From NCBI RefSeq assembly GCF_009914755.1, contig NC_060929.1: a DNA stretch of 64,000 nucleotides, one strand, 5' to 3'. This DNA comes from the human T2T-CHM13v2.0 reference genome, Homo sapiens. Both the position numbers and the translations under genes were made by a program. The notes beneath the pieces were generated by a model, which was not told the origin of the DNA, did not search any database, and saw only the letters and a program-made list of their open reading frames with translations. This document shows, piece by piece, positions 43,182 through 58,680 of this stretch (the stretch's first letter is position 1; each line of letters opens with the position of its first letter).

Positions 43182-44066
43182 GTGCAAGTGCCAGTCCAGA
43201 GGAGTAAAGCAGAAAGAGAGACAAGGAAGAATAGGAGAAATGACAGGTGGAAGTGCGCAGTATGGAGATGCCAATGTTCCCCATAACCCTTTTTATAGCA
43301 AGATTATCAACTCCAGATCTGTAAACTTGTTGACATGTTGTGGCGAGACTGGATATTGACACAGCCAGTGCCCATAGCCAGTAGCTAGAATTATGTGGCT
43401 GTCTCCTACCTTCAACAGTGAACCTTGAGACCTTCCTCTGGAATGCTGGTTTTCCTAGGGGGCTGAGGGGAAACAGACAGCTGGACTTGGGTGAACCTTC
43501 ACTCCCTCCTTATTATCCTCCCCTCTCCGCCCACAGCAACTTAAATCATTAAAATCCCGTATAATTAAAATTTCATCCAAGTTATACCAGTTATGTTTGC
43601 TGGCCACAGTGGAGTGTATAAATATCTTAGAAAGGCATAAAGACAGAGGCTGCTTCCTGCCTGTGGTTTCCCCCTTGCACAGGATCTGCCTGCTACCGTG
43701 TATGCCATCAACAGCCTGGGGAAGGCTGAGCTCGCAGTTCCCACCAGCCCTGCTCTGACCAGACCTTTACTCCATAGTGTTATCCACAGGGCTTGGGTCT
43801 CAGGGTGACAGGTTCTTGGTGGGGGTGAATGCCTTTGTTCTGTTCATGTAGGACTTTCTTCTCTCTGTCCCTGTCATTCTCTCCCTTTCTGTCTCCCTGC
43901 CGCCTCCATTTAGAATTTGGTTTTTGATTTTGAATATATTTAAATTAAAATAGCTCAATAAATGTTTTATTCTCTCATTTAACTAGAGAACAGGAGTTTA
44001 TCTTCCTTCCTACCCATCCACTTTGTCAATACAATTTGTATTGCCATTTCCTTGCTTAAAAATCCC

Positions 44067-44170
44067 AATTACCTTGATCTGATCATTACACATTGTATAC
44101 ATGCCTCAAAATATCACACGTACCCCCAAACATGTACAACCATGATGTTTTAATTTTAAAAATTAAAAAA
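44067..44170 (+). mobile_element. L1MA 3' terminal fragment
   Basis: aattaccttgatctgatcattacacattgtatacatg..aaaaattaaaaaa. Confidence 0.8.
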
Positions 44171-44531
44171 CCCACGGTGTACATTTCTACCACAATGGTT
44201 TTGTGTTACTTGCAAAATGGGGTTACAAGTCTACTACAGTTTCATTCGTTGCGAATTTTGAGCACATGTCACATACTCTGGGCTGTTAGGAGCTGTCTTG
44301 TCATAGATGTTCTAGCAGCTCCAGGGAGTCACCAAAGGGTTGAACCACAGATGGGTCCCTAGTGTGGGGTTCTAAACTCTGTGACTGGGACCACCTTGTG
44401 TTATGGGCAGTCAGTGTGCCTCTAAGTCATGTATTATTATACTTGGTTGGGGGTGGGTATCATCATGTTGGTTGTGACTTTGCAATGGCATCACCTCAAT
44501 TGAGGTATGTGTGACAGCTTTGGGATTAGCA

Positions 44532-45015
44532 TGTGTCTTGGTTTGGGTTCCTATATAGCAGACCTTGAGACAAGGATTTGAGTGCCAGTAGTGTATCTAG
44601 GATATATTCCCACGTTAAGTGAGTGAAGAAGCGAGACAGGAAGTGATCGAAGCCACCAAAGGATGTGTTATCAAACCAGTTACCACCACAAACAACAGGA
44701 GGTCAATTTCTCTGGGGGAGCTCTGGGAAGCAGTGGGGAACATGCCTCCGAATTATCCCATTTGAGGCTCCAGGAGGCTGGGCGTCATCTGACACATCCC
44801 CAGACTGTCCTGGTTGGGGAGAGTTCCATGGGTCAGGGTGCTCTTGGATGTCCAGCTTGCCTGCATGTTGAAAGTCAGATAAAAGACTTCAGGTGGCATT
44901 GCTGATATTTGCACTCAGCAGCCTTTCACACACAGGGCTGAGGGCTATGAGAATATGACCAAGGATTGATAGATACGTTATGGCGAGAAAGATCCCTGTT
45001 TAGTGCTTATAGAGC
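44532..45015 (-). mobile_element. ERVL LTR (LTR16/LTR33-like)
   Basis: tgtcttggtttgggttcc..gcagaccttgagacaaggatttgagtgc. Confidence 0.6.
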
Positions 45016-45023
45016 ACCCTGTA

Positions 45024-45670
45024 CAGTTGATTCTTGTTATTTGCAATAGTTAGCTTTCTATAAAGTCACTATGAACACCAAATTAGCAAATACTGAACCA
45101 TTGCTTCCAGAAGATGTACAGGGTTAGGTATTGGTGAGCTTGTGGTCACATTTAGTTAACTGATCAATAGATCACATTATTTTATAGGTTTCTGTTGAAA
45201 GACAGTTTATTTAGTATGCAGTATTAATTCATTAACATTGGCCTCGCGCCAACTGCTCTACAACTCATGTCTGAACGAATCTCATCTAACACATGCATTT
45301 TCTCAAGGCACATTGCAGACTTTTTGTGCTTAGGAATACTAGACAGCACGTGAACACTGTGCCTGTGTGGCATTTCACACAACAAAATCACCAACAAAAT
45401 GCTCAGAAATATGAAAAATGTGACACTAAGGCGACCATGAAAAGGAGACTTGTGTACAGTAGGAGAGCTGAAACCAGAAGGCACAGTGGCACCTGGTTGG
45501 ACCTTAGCTGGACATGTGCATTGAGCTGCTCAAATATTTTGCTGGTCTGTGTATGTCTGCAAATGACCATGAAGGTGCCTCAAGGACTGGTTTTGGAGTT
45601 GCAAATACATTTTAGGGAGAAGTTCCCTAATTAGAAAAATATGAAATCTGTGAATAATGAAGCTCAACTG
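45024..45670. mobile_element. MER82 (TcMar-Tigger), full length
   Basis: Terminal inverted repeats CAGTTGA..TCAACTG; internal aattagcaaatactgaaccattgct. Confidence 0.8.
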
Positions 45671-45672
45671 AA

Positions 45673-45970
<298 letters not shown>

Positions 45971-46444
45971 AGCTTTATTTCACCTTATGACAAATATGGT
46001 AAAAGCTACCACAGTGCTAGGTGGAGCCTAGAAAACTTGGGCCTGTGAAATATGGCCTTGCGTTACCATGAGGCTAAAGAGGTGATTAAGGCAGCCTGTG
46101 CAATCAGCCAGAAGTCTGTCCAAGAGTCATCAGTCCATAAACAGTCATTTAAAACACCTGTAGGTTATGCTACTTAACAAAGAAATCTTTTGAATCAGAA
46201 TAATTTGGCTCTGGAAAATTTGGATTTTCTTTATTTACATAGACATATAGAGGTCAGCAACTGAATTAGATGAATATTCATAGGATTGTTGAACTAAACA
46301 TATTTTTAGTTACTTTTTAAATGTGTTGTACATGGAGAAAGGACATTAGAAATATGACCTGGTTTGGGGATAAAAAGCTGAAACAAGAGATGTTAATTTG
46401 TATAAGTAAGAGAGAAAATAAGATATATTTCCTGTGTATCACTA

Positions 46445-46785
<341 letters not shown>

Positions 46786-46903
46786 CTATGTTTGGTGGAA
46801 GCAATGGGAAGTTTTGGGTAAAGGGAATAGCTTTTGTGACTGACCTTGGCCATCTCTAAATGGTATGTGGTCAGGTAAAGTTGGTTAGAAAGTTAGAGAA
46901 ATG

Positions 46904-47240
46904 GGCCAAGTGTGGTGGCTCACGCCTATAATCCCAGCACTTTAGGAGGCCAAGGTGGGTGGATCAACTGAGGTCAGCAGTTCGAGACCAGCCAACATGG
47001 AGAAAGCCTGTCTCTACTAAAAATAGAAAAATTAGCCAGGCATGGTTGTGCGTGCCTGTAGTCCCAGCTACTCGGCAGGCTAAAGCATGAGAATCACTTG
47101 AACCCAGGAGGCAGAGGTTGCAGTGAGCCAAGATTGCGCCACTGTACTCACTCACTCCAGCCTGGGCGGTGGAGTGAGACCCCGTCTCAAAAACAAACAA
47201 ACAAACAAACAAACAAACAAACAAAAAAACAAACAAAAAA
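46904..47240 (+). mobile_element. Alu with an (AAAC)n tail
   Basis: Full dimer; tetranucleotide tail at about 47190-47240. Confidence 0.95.
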
Positions 47241-47511
47241 GGAAATTAGATAAAGTGTTAAAAACATTTCGTTTCCATTTTCTTGTGAAGGATTTTCATT
47301 GCTTTTGTCTGATGTCTTTCTTCGTATAATTTTAGCTGGTGCTTGGTTACATATAGGAAAACTGAAGATTTATTTCTGGATAAATTTTGAGGGTAATATA
47401 ATAACAATTATTCTATGATGATAATAAGTGACAATAAACATCACCCATGAGTTTCTTTTCATAAAATCTCACTAAGATACAATCTTCCGTAGTATTTCAA
47501 AATCAATACTT

Positions 47512-47745
47512 GCATTCATTCATTCATTTCATCCATCCATCAATCATATACTGAGCACCCACTTTGTGCCAAACAGCTGCTGGGTACTGAGGATACAGAA
47601 GTGAACTAAACCTGTAATAATCCCTGCCCTCATTGAGCTTATGCAGTAGCAGGAAGAGACAGATAATGAACAAATATATATAAAACATGGTATATCAGTT
47701 GCTGGTAAGAGCAATAGAAAACATAGAGCAGGGAAGGGAGATGGG
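47512..47745 (-). mobile_element. L2 3' end
   Basis: cattcattcattc..actgagcacccactttgtgcc..ccctgccctcattgagctta. Confidence 0.75.
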
Positions 47746-48341
47746 ACATCTTTTTCCTACCCCTTCAGAAGTCTCCCTTTGACGGGGATGTCCTCCCTTT
47801 GACTCGAGGCACTGCTACTGAGACCAGTTCCTTGTAGACTTTGACCAGCTATCCACCAGGGCAATCTGGACAGTGCCTTGCCCTAGGCCTTGTCCTTCTT
47901 GCTTCCCGCTCTGGGACTTATCTGTGCTGAGCCTGGCACATTCACGGGAACTGGCTCTGTACTCAGATACGCACAACCCCAAAGTGCAGGCAGTCACCTA
48001 GGAGCCCCCTTGAACAATGGAGGGCAGGAAGGGGTTGGTAAATGCTTCTTGCTTTCTTCTCCTGGAGGGACAGCTCTGAGATACATTTCATAGGGTCCCT
48101 CAGAAGGTGCCTGGAAGGATCGATCATTGTGTGCAGACAGCCAGCTGGATTGCACATCTGTGATGGCCCTTCCCGTCTTTCCTCTTTCACTGGTCCAGGC
48201 CTACCCCTACTCCCTGTGATCTCCTTTTCAAATCAACCCCTGCATGCAAGCCTTCACCCAGGCTCTGCTGTGGTGGACACTAGACCAAGATGGGGAATGC
48301 AGTGGTTGGGATGATGTTGCACATATAAATATGAGGGATCA

Positions 48342-48469
48342 GGCCAGGCGTGATGGCTCACGCCTGCAATCCCAGCACTTTGGGAAGCCGGGTCAAGGAG
48401 GATCTTTTGAGGTCAGGAGTTCGAGACCAGTCTGGCTAACATTGGTGAAACCCTGTCTCTACTAAAAAT

Positions 48470-48503
<34 letters not shown>

Positions 48504-48683
48504 AGCCAGGCGGGGTGGTGCGTGCCTGTAATCCCACCTATTTGGGAGGCTGAGGCAGGAGAATCACTTGATGCTGAAAGGCAGAGACTGCAATCAGCCG
48601 AGATCATGCCACTGCACTCCAGCCTGGGTGACAGAGCGAGACTCCATCTCAAAATAAATAAATAAAATAAACTTAAAAATAAA
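48342..48683 (+). mobile_element. Alu with an expanded middle A-tract
   Basis: About 30 consecutive A at the linker (from 48472). Confidence 0.95.
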
Positions 48684-49487
48684 TACGAGGGATCACTGAG
48701 AAGGTGCACTTGATCAAAGTTTCAAGAAAGGGAGATAGTAGTAGTCATGCAGATAACTGGAGGGAAAGCCTTCTAGGCAGGGGGGAAAATGGCACAGGCA
48801 AAGACCCTTTCATCAGTGTGGCTGGAGTGGAGGGAGAGGAGGAGAAAAAGGAGATGCAGACAGAGATGTGAGAGAGACCCGGGTCTCATCTCATGGGGCC
48901 ATTTTTAGGACATGGGTTTTGTTCCAAGTGAGATAACAAATTTATTTTCAGATATTCTGTGTGTTTTGCCTATTTCATATTAATTATTTTATGTTTACAT
49001 GGTACACTTGGATTTCCAATTTATAGGCAGGTAACTTGAGTCTTTTAAAAATATTGTTTGCTTGATGGGAGCTGTATGTTCTCATTCTCGTTTTGTGTCT
49101 TCCTTGGGTTGCTAATGAAGTACAGTTTTTGGGGATTGTACCACAGATATTGATGTACTAAACTGATGTTTGTTGATTCTGGAGTATGATTCTTCACTTC
49201 ATTTATTTAGCAAGTATTTATTGACTACCACTTTGTGCATGGGAAATTAATGGAAATTGAAGGAATGGTGTGGATTAACCTCAATACTTTCTTTGAAGGT
49301 TTTTCATTGTGATAAAATATACACAAAATTTTCCATTTTGACCATTTTTAAGTGTATAGTTGAGTGGAATTAAGTACATTCACAATGTTTTACAGCCATC
49401 ACTGCTATCTATTTCCAGAGCTTTTTCATTATCCCAACTGCCAGAAGCTCTGTACCCATTAAACACTAACTCCCATCTAGCTGCCCC

Positions 49488-49945
49488 TGACAATGACTCT
49501 CTCTTTGACTAAACTTTAGTTGGGCTCCTCTAAGCCATCTTCTCAACTAGGCCTTGACCTTGGCCTCCATCCTTGTCAGGATGGCCTTGCCCAGTTTTAA
49601 AAAGAATCCTGCTAAGTCAGCTTATCAGGAACTCTCCACTCTTGATATCTGATCCCTCTTCATAGCTGATCAAATTCTTCATTCCCCATTATCCTCCAGA
49701 TAATATTGGATCAATCTGGCCTGCCTTCAGCAAGAATTCTGTTAGATCAGTTTAGCAAGAATCCCTCCCTACTCTTGACTCATTTTACTAATTTTCTACT
49801 AATTTTCTATCCACAGGCCCCTATGTATCCTTGGTGTCGTCAGAATTGAGCTCAGTTCTATACTGAGGTTTCTTTTTCCCTCTTGCAATAATTCCTGAAT
49901 CAAATCCTTTTAAAACTATGGTCAGCCTCTGGTTTTCTATAATAT
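49488..49945 (+). mobile_element. MER31-like LTR
   Basis: tgacaatgactctctctttgactaaactttagt..ctaggccttgaccttggcc. Confidence 0.75.
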
Positions 49946-50011
49946 CTCCAGCCTTTGGTAACTTCTCTTCTACCTTCTGTTTCTATGAATTTGCCTATTC
50001 TAGGCACCTTA

Positions 50012-50364
50012 TTGTCCTAGTCCATGCTGGCTGCTGCAACAAAATACCATAGACCCGGTAGCTTATAAACAACAGAAATGTAATTCTCACAGTTCTGGAG
50101 GCTGGAGTTTCAAAATCAAGATCCAGCGTCTGGCGAGATCTTGTTTCCTGGTTCGTAGATGGTGTCTTCTTGCTGTAACCTCACATGGTAGAAGGGGCAC
50201 ACAAGCGCCCTTGGTCTTTTTCATAAGGGCAGCAGTGCCATTGAAGAGCACTTCACTCTCATGACCTAATCACTTCCCAAAGGTCCTGCCTCTTTTGATC
50301 ATCCCATTGGTGATTAGTTTTCAACATATAAATTTTGGGGAACACAAACATTCAGACTGTTGCA
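50012..50364. mobile_element. MLT1A/B-like solo LTR
   Basis: tgtcctagtcc..acaaaataccatagac..aacacaaacattcagactgttgca. Confidence 0.85.
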
Positions 50365-51054
50365 TTCATATATGTGGAATCATATAGTGTTTGTCCTTTT
50401 GTGTCTTTTTCACTTAGCAGGATATCTTTAGGGTTCATCCATGTTGCTGCATGTATCAGAATCTCATGCTTTTCTAAGGCTGAATAGTAGTTCACTGTAT
50501 GTATACACCACATTTTGTGTATCCATTCATCTGTTGATGGACACGGATGGGGCTGTTTCTACCTTTCAGCTATTGTGAATAATGCTGCTATGAACAATGG
50601 TGTACAAGAATCTGCTCAAGTAAATGCTTTCAATTCTTTTGGGTGTATACCTATGAGTAGAAATGCTAGATCACATGTGATTCTATGTTTAACTTTTTGA
50701 GGAACTGATATATCCTTTTCCACAGTGGCTGTATAATTTTACTTCCCCACCAAAAATGCACAAGGGTTCCAATGTTTTCACACCTTTGCCAATTCTTATT
50801 TTCCATTTTTTTGATAATAGTCATTCTAATGGGTGTGAAGATATCTTATTGTGGTTTTGATTTGCGTTTCCCTGTAACTGATGACGGTGAAAATTGTTGC
50901 ATGTGCCTATTGACTATTTGTGTATCTTGTTTGGAGAAATATCTATTAAATTCCTTTGTCCATTTAAAAATTTTATTGTTGTTATTGAGTTGTACTAACA
51001 TTTTTTTTTAATGAGAAATACCAGTACTTCATAGATAGTAAATTTAAAAGGGAC

Positions 51055-51545
51055 TATGATGGTGAATTTTATGTGTCAACTTGCTTGGCTCATGGGGTGC
51101 CCAGATATTTGGTTAAGTGTTATTCTGAATGTTTTTAGAAGAGACTGACCTTTAAATTGGTAGACTTAGTAAAGCAGGTTGCCCTCCCTAATGTGGGGGA
51201 GCCTCATCCAAACAGTAGAAGGCCTGAATAAAACAAAAAGACCAATTCTCCCCTGAGGAAGAGAAAATTCCTCCTACCTGACTGCCTCTGAACTAGGACG
51301 CTGGCTTTTTCCTGCCTTTGGACTTGAATGGAAGCACTGGCTATTCCTGGGTCTTGAGCTTGCTGGCTCTTAAAATGGAACTAACTACCCCATGGGCCCT
51401 CCTGGGAATCCAACTTGCAGACTGTGGGTCTTCAGACTTGTTTGTCTCTATAATTGTGTGAGCCAATTCCTTATGGTAAATCTTTCTACATAGATAGAAT
51501 CATCTATTTTATTGGTTCTGTTTCTCTGGAGAAGCCTAAGACAGA
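51055..51545 (+). mobile_element. MLT2B-like (ERVL) solo LTR
   Basis: tgatggtgaattttatgtgtcaacttg..attggttctgtttctctggagaa. Confidence 0.9.
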
Positions 51546-51835
51546 GACTCATTTATTGAGATCAATTGTATTTTCTGTTCAAATCCTTTTTGTTATAGAA
51601 ATAATTTGATACTCATAGTGAGTATAAAATACAATCTGCATGGGTTATTATGAATTAAAGTTAAGTAAATATTTTCATTTGTCTATTTTTCCACTAGTAC
51701 ATTTTTACTTTTTAGGTGACATTCTGACTTTTGTCTCAGGTCCACCTAAGTGGTTTGGGGCAGCAGTTGAGTGATGGGTATAGAGGCAGGCCAGTCCTTT
51801 TTGGGGCCTGAATGTCCTAAATGTCAGGCATGAGC

Positions 51836-52067
51836 TTGGCTCACTGCAACCTCCACCTCCCGGGTTCAAGTGACTCTCCTGCCTCAGCCTCCCGACTAGG
51901 TGGGTTTACAGTCACCCACCACCATGCCCAGCTAATTTTTGTATTTTTAGTAGAGATGGGGTTTTACCATGTTGGTCAGACTGGTCTTGAACTCCTGGCC
52001 TCAAGTTATCTGCCCGCTTTGGCCTTCCAAAATGCTGGGATGACAGGTGTGAGTCATCATGCCCAGC
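51836..52067 (-). mobile_element. Alu lacking its 3' end and tail
   Basis: Starts ttggctcactgcaacctcc. Confidence 0.9.
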
Positions 52068-52254
52068 TGAGCAACTATTTTCTAAGTTATTATAGGTTAA
52101 TTGCTTTTTTGAGAAATTAGAAATTAAACATTTAAGTTTTAAGCTCCTCATAAAGGCCATTTTCATCTTATTTGTTCTGCAGGATTGCTTTAAATTTAGC
52201 AACATCATCTCACTGGCAATACATGAGTTGTATTTCTTGAATACAGGAAGCTAC

Positions 52255-52403
52255 ATTCACTTCAGTGAAGGCTTGACGTCATCAGGCAGCATTAGCATCA
52301 CCTGGGACTTTTCAAGCCTCACCTCAGACCTACTAAATCCGAGTCTGCATTTTAAGAAGCTCCCCAGGTGATTAATCCCCACAATAAAGTTTCAGAAGCA
52401 TTG
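52255..52403. mobile_element. MER5A fragment
   Basis: gcagcattagcatcacctggga..cagacctactaaatc..tgcattttaagaagctccccaggtgatt. Confidence 0.75.
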
Positions 52404-52427
52404 ATTTAAAGGATCCACGTGTCCTGT

Positions 52428-53818
52428 TGTGTCCGGAATTGGTGGGTTCTTGGTCTCACTGACTTCAAAAATGAAGCCGCGGACCCTGGCGGTGAGTGTT
52501 AGAGTTCTTAAAGGCGGCGTGTCTGGAGTTTGTTCCTTCTGATGTTTGGATGTGTTCGGAGTTTCTTCCTTCTGGTGGGGTTCGTGGTCTCGCTGGCTCG
52601 GGAGTGAAGCTGCGGACCTTCGCGGTGAGTGTTACAGCTCTTAAGGCGGCGCGTCTGGAGTTGTTTGTTCCTCCCGTGGGTTTGTGGTCTCGTTGGCTTC
52701 AGGAGCGAAGCTGCAGACCCTTGCGGTGAGTGTTACAGCTCATAAAGGCAGTGTGGACCCAAAGAGTGAGCAGCAGCAAGATTTATTGCAAACAGCGAAA
52801 GAACTAAGCTTCCACAGTGTGGAAGGGGACCCGAGCGGGCTGCCACTGCTGGCTCGGGCAGCCTGCTTTCATTCTCGTATCTGGCCCCACTCACATCCTG
52901 CTGATTGCTAGAGCCCAGTGGTCTGTTTTGACAGGGCGCTGATTGGTGCGTTTACAATCCCTGAGCTAGACACAAAGGTTCTCCACGTCCCCACCAGATT
53001 AGCTAGATACAGAGTGTCGACACAAAGGTTCTCCAAGGCCCCACCAGAGTAGCTAGATACAGAGTGTCGATTGGTGCATTCACACACCCTGAGGTAGACA
53101 CAGGGTGCTGATTGGTGTGTTTACAAACCTTGAGCTAGACATAAAGGTTCTCCACGTCCCCACCAGGCTCAGGAGCCCAGCTGGCTTCACCCAGTGGATC
53201 CCACACCGGGGCTGCAGGTGGAGCTGCCTGCCAGTCCCGCGCTGTGCGCCTGCACTCCTCAGACCTTGGGTGGTCGATGGGACTGGGTGCGCCGTGGAGC
53301 AGGGGGCGGCGCTCATCGGGGAGGCTCGGGCGCACAGCAGCACACGGAGCGGGTGGGAGGCTTAGGCATGGCGGGTTGCAGGTCCCGAGCCCTGCCCCGC
53401 GGGAAGGCAGCTAAGGCCCGGCGAGAAATCGAGCACAGCGCCGGCGGGCTGGCACTGCTGGGGGACCCAGTACACCCTCCGCAGCTGCTGGCCCGGGTGC
53501 TAATCCCCTCATTGCCCGGGGCCGGCAGGGCCGGCCGGCTGCTCCGAGTGCGGGGCCCTCCAAGCCCACGCCCACCCGGAACTCCAGCTGGCCTGCAAGC
53601 GCCGCGCGCAGCCCCGGTTCCCGCTCGCGCCTCTCCCTCCACACCTCCCTGCAAGCTGAGGGAGCTGGCTCTGGCCTTGGCCAGCCCAGAAAGGGGCTCC
53701 CACAGTGCAGCGGTGGGCTGAAGGGCTCCTCAAGCGCCGCCAAAGTGGGAGCCCAGGCAGAGGAGGGGCCGAGAGCGAGCGAGGGCTGTGAGGACTGCCA
53801 GCACGCTGTCACCTCTCA
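52428..53818 (-). mobile_element. Full-length solo LTR12C (ERV9/HERV9 LTR), CpG-rich
   Basis: Reverse complement runs tgagaggtgacagcgtgctggcag..ccaccaattccggacaca; perfect 4-bp TSD CTGT (52424-27 and 53819-22); tandem 50-bp U3 units 52969-53068; CCAAT boxes. Confidence 0.95.
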
Positions 53819-54169
53819 CTGTGTTTGTTTCACTTGAAGTCTTTTAACAAAATAAAATAAAATAATTTTACAGCTTGGAGGAGGCTTAGAAGTTATCTGG
53901 TCTGATTTTCTCATTTCATAGAGGAAACAAAACTGGAATTCAAGATTAAATGACTTCCCCATTGTCATGCTGGGCTTAGATATGGGGACTCATTACTGCT
54001 ATGGATATTTTTTTCCTGTTAGAATTGTCTCTCCATATTCCCAGTGTTAATTCAAATAAAGTTTTCACAGACTTTAAAGTTGGCAGGGCATTAGCACTCA
54101 ACAATGTTATTTTGCAGATGAGAAAAATGAGATCTGGAAAGGTGAAGTAAAACTTATTTAAGAAAATAG

Positions 54170-54860
<691 letters not shown>

Positions 54861-55099
54861 TTGTAAATATTTAACCACTGATTTGTAGCCTTTGCTGGTT
54901 TCTTGTTATAAACACTCCCTTTATGGCTGTCATCAAGCTATCAACATGATGTCAGTGAATGTGTTGGTGCCAGAGATGTATACAATTGCCCTTCCTTAGC
55001 TGATGCAAGCCGGTGAGAGTCAACTCCATAACACCACTAAATAATTCTCTCATTGGAATGATATTGATGAAGAATAATACGTCTATCAAAGAAAAATTG

Positions 55100-55396
<297 letters not shown>

Positions 55397-55984
55397 GAAA
55401 TATTGTATATGAAAATAGCAGCAGGGGATATAGAAATAAACACAAATATCAAATCCAGCACGGCAGCTAAATCAGAAGGGAGTCAATGACCCATAGAATG
55501 ATGAAGTTATGACAGGTCAAACACCTTTACAACACATTTCAAATATTTTTGCTGCATGAATATTTGCACTCTTAGTTATTGTTGCATTAGTAAACAATAC
55601 CTGGAATTTAAATCTCTTTACCCCAGGTCTTTCTGTTTATACTTGAGATGGGACTAAACTTGTGTGGCCTCCATTATGGATGCATCTCCCTTCAGGTCTC
55701 TTCTTTCTTTGAACTATTCCCATTTTATCCAAAATCAGGCGCTGTAGTGAGCCATCTGATAGGAACATCACATTCCCTTTTGTCCCCCTGTAGATAATAA
55801 GATGTGCAAAGATGAGCTTTGAATAACCACAGCAATGCCAGATATATACGCATGTGGAAAGTTCTGGGAAGTCTCCACATAAACATCTTAACAAGGAGAC
55901 ATCATTCCTCAATTTGATACCCTTAAAATGGCTTTTAAGGTTATCTTTCATTTTCCTTACCGTATAGCATTATGCAATTCTTTA

Positions 55985-56313
<329 letters not shown>

Positions 56314-56844
56314 AACATTATATAATTCTATTTACTGTATTCATTCAATGTATCAGAGACGCTTTTAAAAGGAACCTGAGGTTTGAAAAGGGTCAAAATG
56401 TCTAGGATCTAGGTTAATAATTTTCTTTAGCTTTTTCTATATATAGTCCGTTTAATAAGATGTAGTTGAAGTAATTCACTAAATCTGTGTGATGTTAACA
56501 AGTTGAGAAATTGATGGTTACTGTTCCATTCTTTAGTATCCCCTTAGCACAATCACACAAAAATTGACTGTAATAGCTAGTCCAGGAGCTTAGCAATCAA
56601 CCCTGAGAGCGGAACGTTTCTCTGTCATCATGGACTTATTGTTGCCATGCCAACAAGAAACTTAGAAGTTGCTTGAGGTTTCAGTTCTCTAGAAACTTAC
56701 AATCAAAACCAATAATAGCATAAATGCACATCTTGGAATGTAAACTGATTGCACTTTAGAATGATTTTCAACTTACAGACAAAGCATAAAAAGTAAAATT
56801 GATCAGTTATAGACCCTCTCCAAATATGGTTTTGGATTTAACCA

Positions 56845-57100
56845 ATACTAATAGTTAAAATTGATTGAGTACTTATTACATAATAAGCATTGACATGTTT
56901 TACACACACTATCTCATTTAATTCTCATAGCAACATTAGGAGGTGGGTACTACTATTATCTCCTGTGCTTTATAGAGATGAGAATACTGAAGTTTGGAGA
57001 GGGTAAGAAACTTTTCCAAGGTCACAAAGCTAGTGAGAGTATAAGGCTGAGACTCACCATCAGGCAGATGGACTCTAGTGTCCACTCTGTCACCACTATC
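56845..57100 (-). mobile_element. MIR
   Basis: atctcatttaattctcatagcaac..ttatagagatgagaatactga..ccaaggtcacaaagctagt. Confidence 0.85.
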
Positions 57101-58544
57101 CTTTTCTACTTCCCATAAAGCAAGAAAGATAGGGCCTGTGCCAGGCAGAGTGAGCCACTGAGGTGGACTGACCATTTAAAGTCAAGAGTATAGAAGTTGA
57201 GGGCTGAAAGGACAATTTTAAGCCACTTAATAAATGCTTTGATGTCTTCAAAAGTCTCTTCACTTTTCCTTAGTCCATGCCCACAGTCTATCTTCTTCTA
57301 GAAGAGGATTTGAAGCAACCATCATCTCCACTAAATGGTTTTTTCAGCCTGTTTGCACCATGCCAGGAAGGGGACTAGACCCTGCCCTGATGTCTCTTTG
57401 GGGCAATGCTAACCCTCAGAATGCATGAATGTTTATAAACTGAAAAATCAGACCTTTTAATTATGTGCTCTGATGCCTACAAAGTAATTCTGTTCCCTTA
57501 GAATGGCTCACCCAACTTTGGAAAGCAGGGATCTTCTCCCTCAAAGAGAAGAGGCTTTTCTTCTCCAGCTTAAATAGCCTCAGTTGAGGAATCCTTTATC
57601 ATCCCTTCTGCTTTCCTCCAGACAACATTCAGTCTGTCGTTTTCTTTTCTCAGTTTAAACTTGATAGTTTGGTTTAGCTTAAAGCATTTCAGGATTATCA
57701 CTTTTCCCAGTTACCAACGCAAAGCCTCTATTTGGAGAGAACATGGAAGCAAAGCAGAAATTGTGCTCTATTATCCTCTGCCATCCTCAATTCTTCCACT
57801 TACTGTGCTCATTCAACATAACAGGGATTCTGTAAGAGGGGGGTGGGGACATGTCCCAGAAGGTCTTCCATCTTGCTCCAAAGAAAATCTCGAAAGTTTA
57901 GACCTTCGCTTCAGCCTTACATTATCTTGGTTTTAGCATCTCTGGCTCTATTTCTATAGGTGTGTTTAGTGTTATGTCCTCGCCTTTGCATAGATTGTGA
58001 CTTTGCTGTCCGATTTTCATTCTCATGGGCTTCTCTTCTGTCTTGAGCCATCTCAGTCTGAGTGATCCTATCTCTCTTTCCTTGGAAACTTGGCGTCAGT
58101 CTGAGCATGTGTCAAATCTCACATCTCCTGGAAGTTCCTCATTATTAAGGAGAAATACACCCAAAGTAGCAGTTCCTTTGCCACTTCCTTTATTTTCTGA
58201 GAAGTGAAATTGTAAGCCAAACAAGTAAATCTAGACACTTATCAGATGACCTGATTTTCAGATGGAAATTTCCAGAATTTGGGTGTAATTGGAGCCTCTC
58301 CTTATTTTCCATAACTTGCTAATGTGCCAATTTTATAATCAATGTCCAGTGCTTTAACCAAATTCTCCAGCATACCCCCACTACAGTACTTCCTTTATTC
58401 CTCTCTCTATATCACACACACATATATGTGTTATACATCCATATTTATGTTTATGCATACATGAACACACATATATATTTTTACCCTTATCTAGATTTTT
58501 CTTCTATAATTTTATTCTTGTATTAACAGGTTTTCCCAAAGGTT

Positions 58545-58680
58545 GGAATAACCATATGTTCTAGTTTGCCTGGGATGGTCTTACTTTACTTGTTGTTCTG
58601 GGAGTAATTAACAATTAATACATTTCTCTTTTGTTATCAAAAGTGTGCTGGTTTGGGTGATAAATTAAACAATCATCCTA
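58545..58680. mobile_element. hAT-Blackjack MITE (MER94/MER81-like)
   Basis: taaccatatgttctagtttgcctgggatggtc..caaaagtgtgctggtttgggtgataaatt..catccta. Confidence 0.6.

Larger units (their letters stand above)
49300..51000 (-). mobile_element. L1MB/L1MC 3' region with nested MER31 and MLT1
   Basis: ccatttttaagtgtatagttgagtggaattaagtacattcaca; atccattcatctgttgatggacac. Confidence 0.85.

Noticed and set aside
52969-53160. CRISPR-like repeat/spacer array
   Set aside because: These are the known tandem U3 units of LTR12 in a eukaryotic sequence, with no unique spacers.
53080-53812. GC-rich ORFs up to 175 aa, or a gene CpG-island promoter
   Set aside because: Entirely inside LTR12C; stop-poor frames are expected from the GC content.
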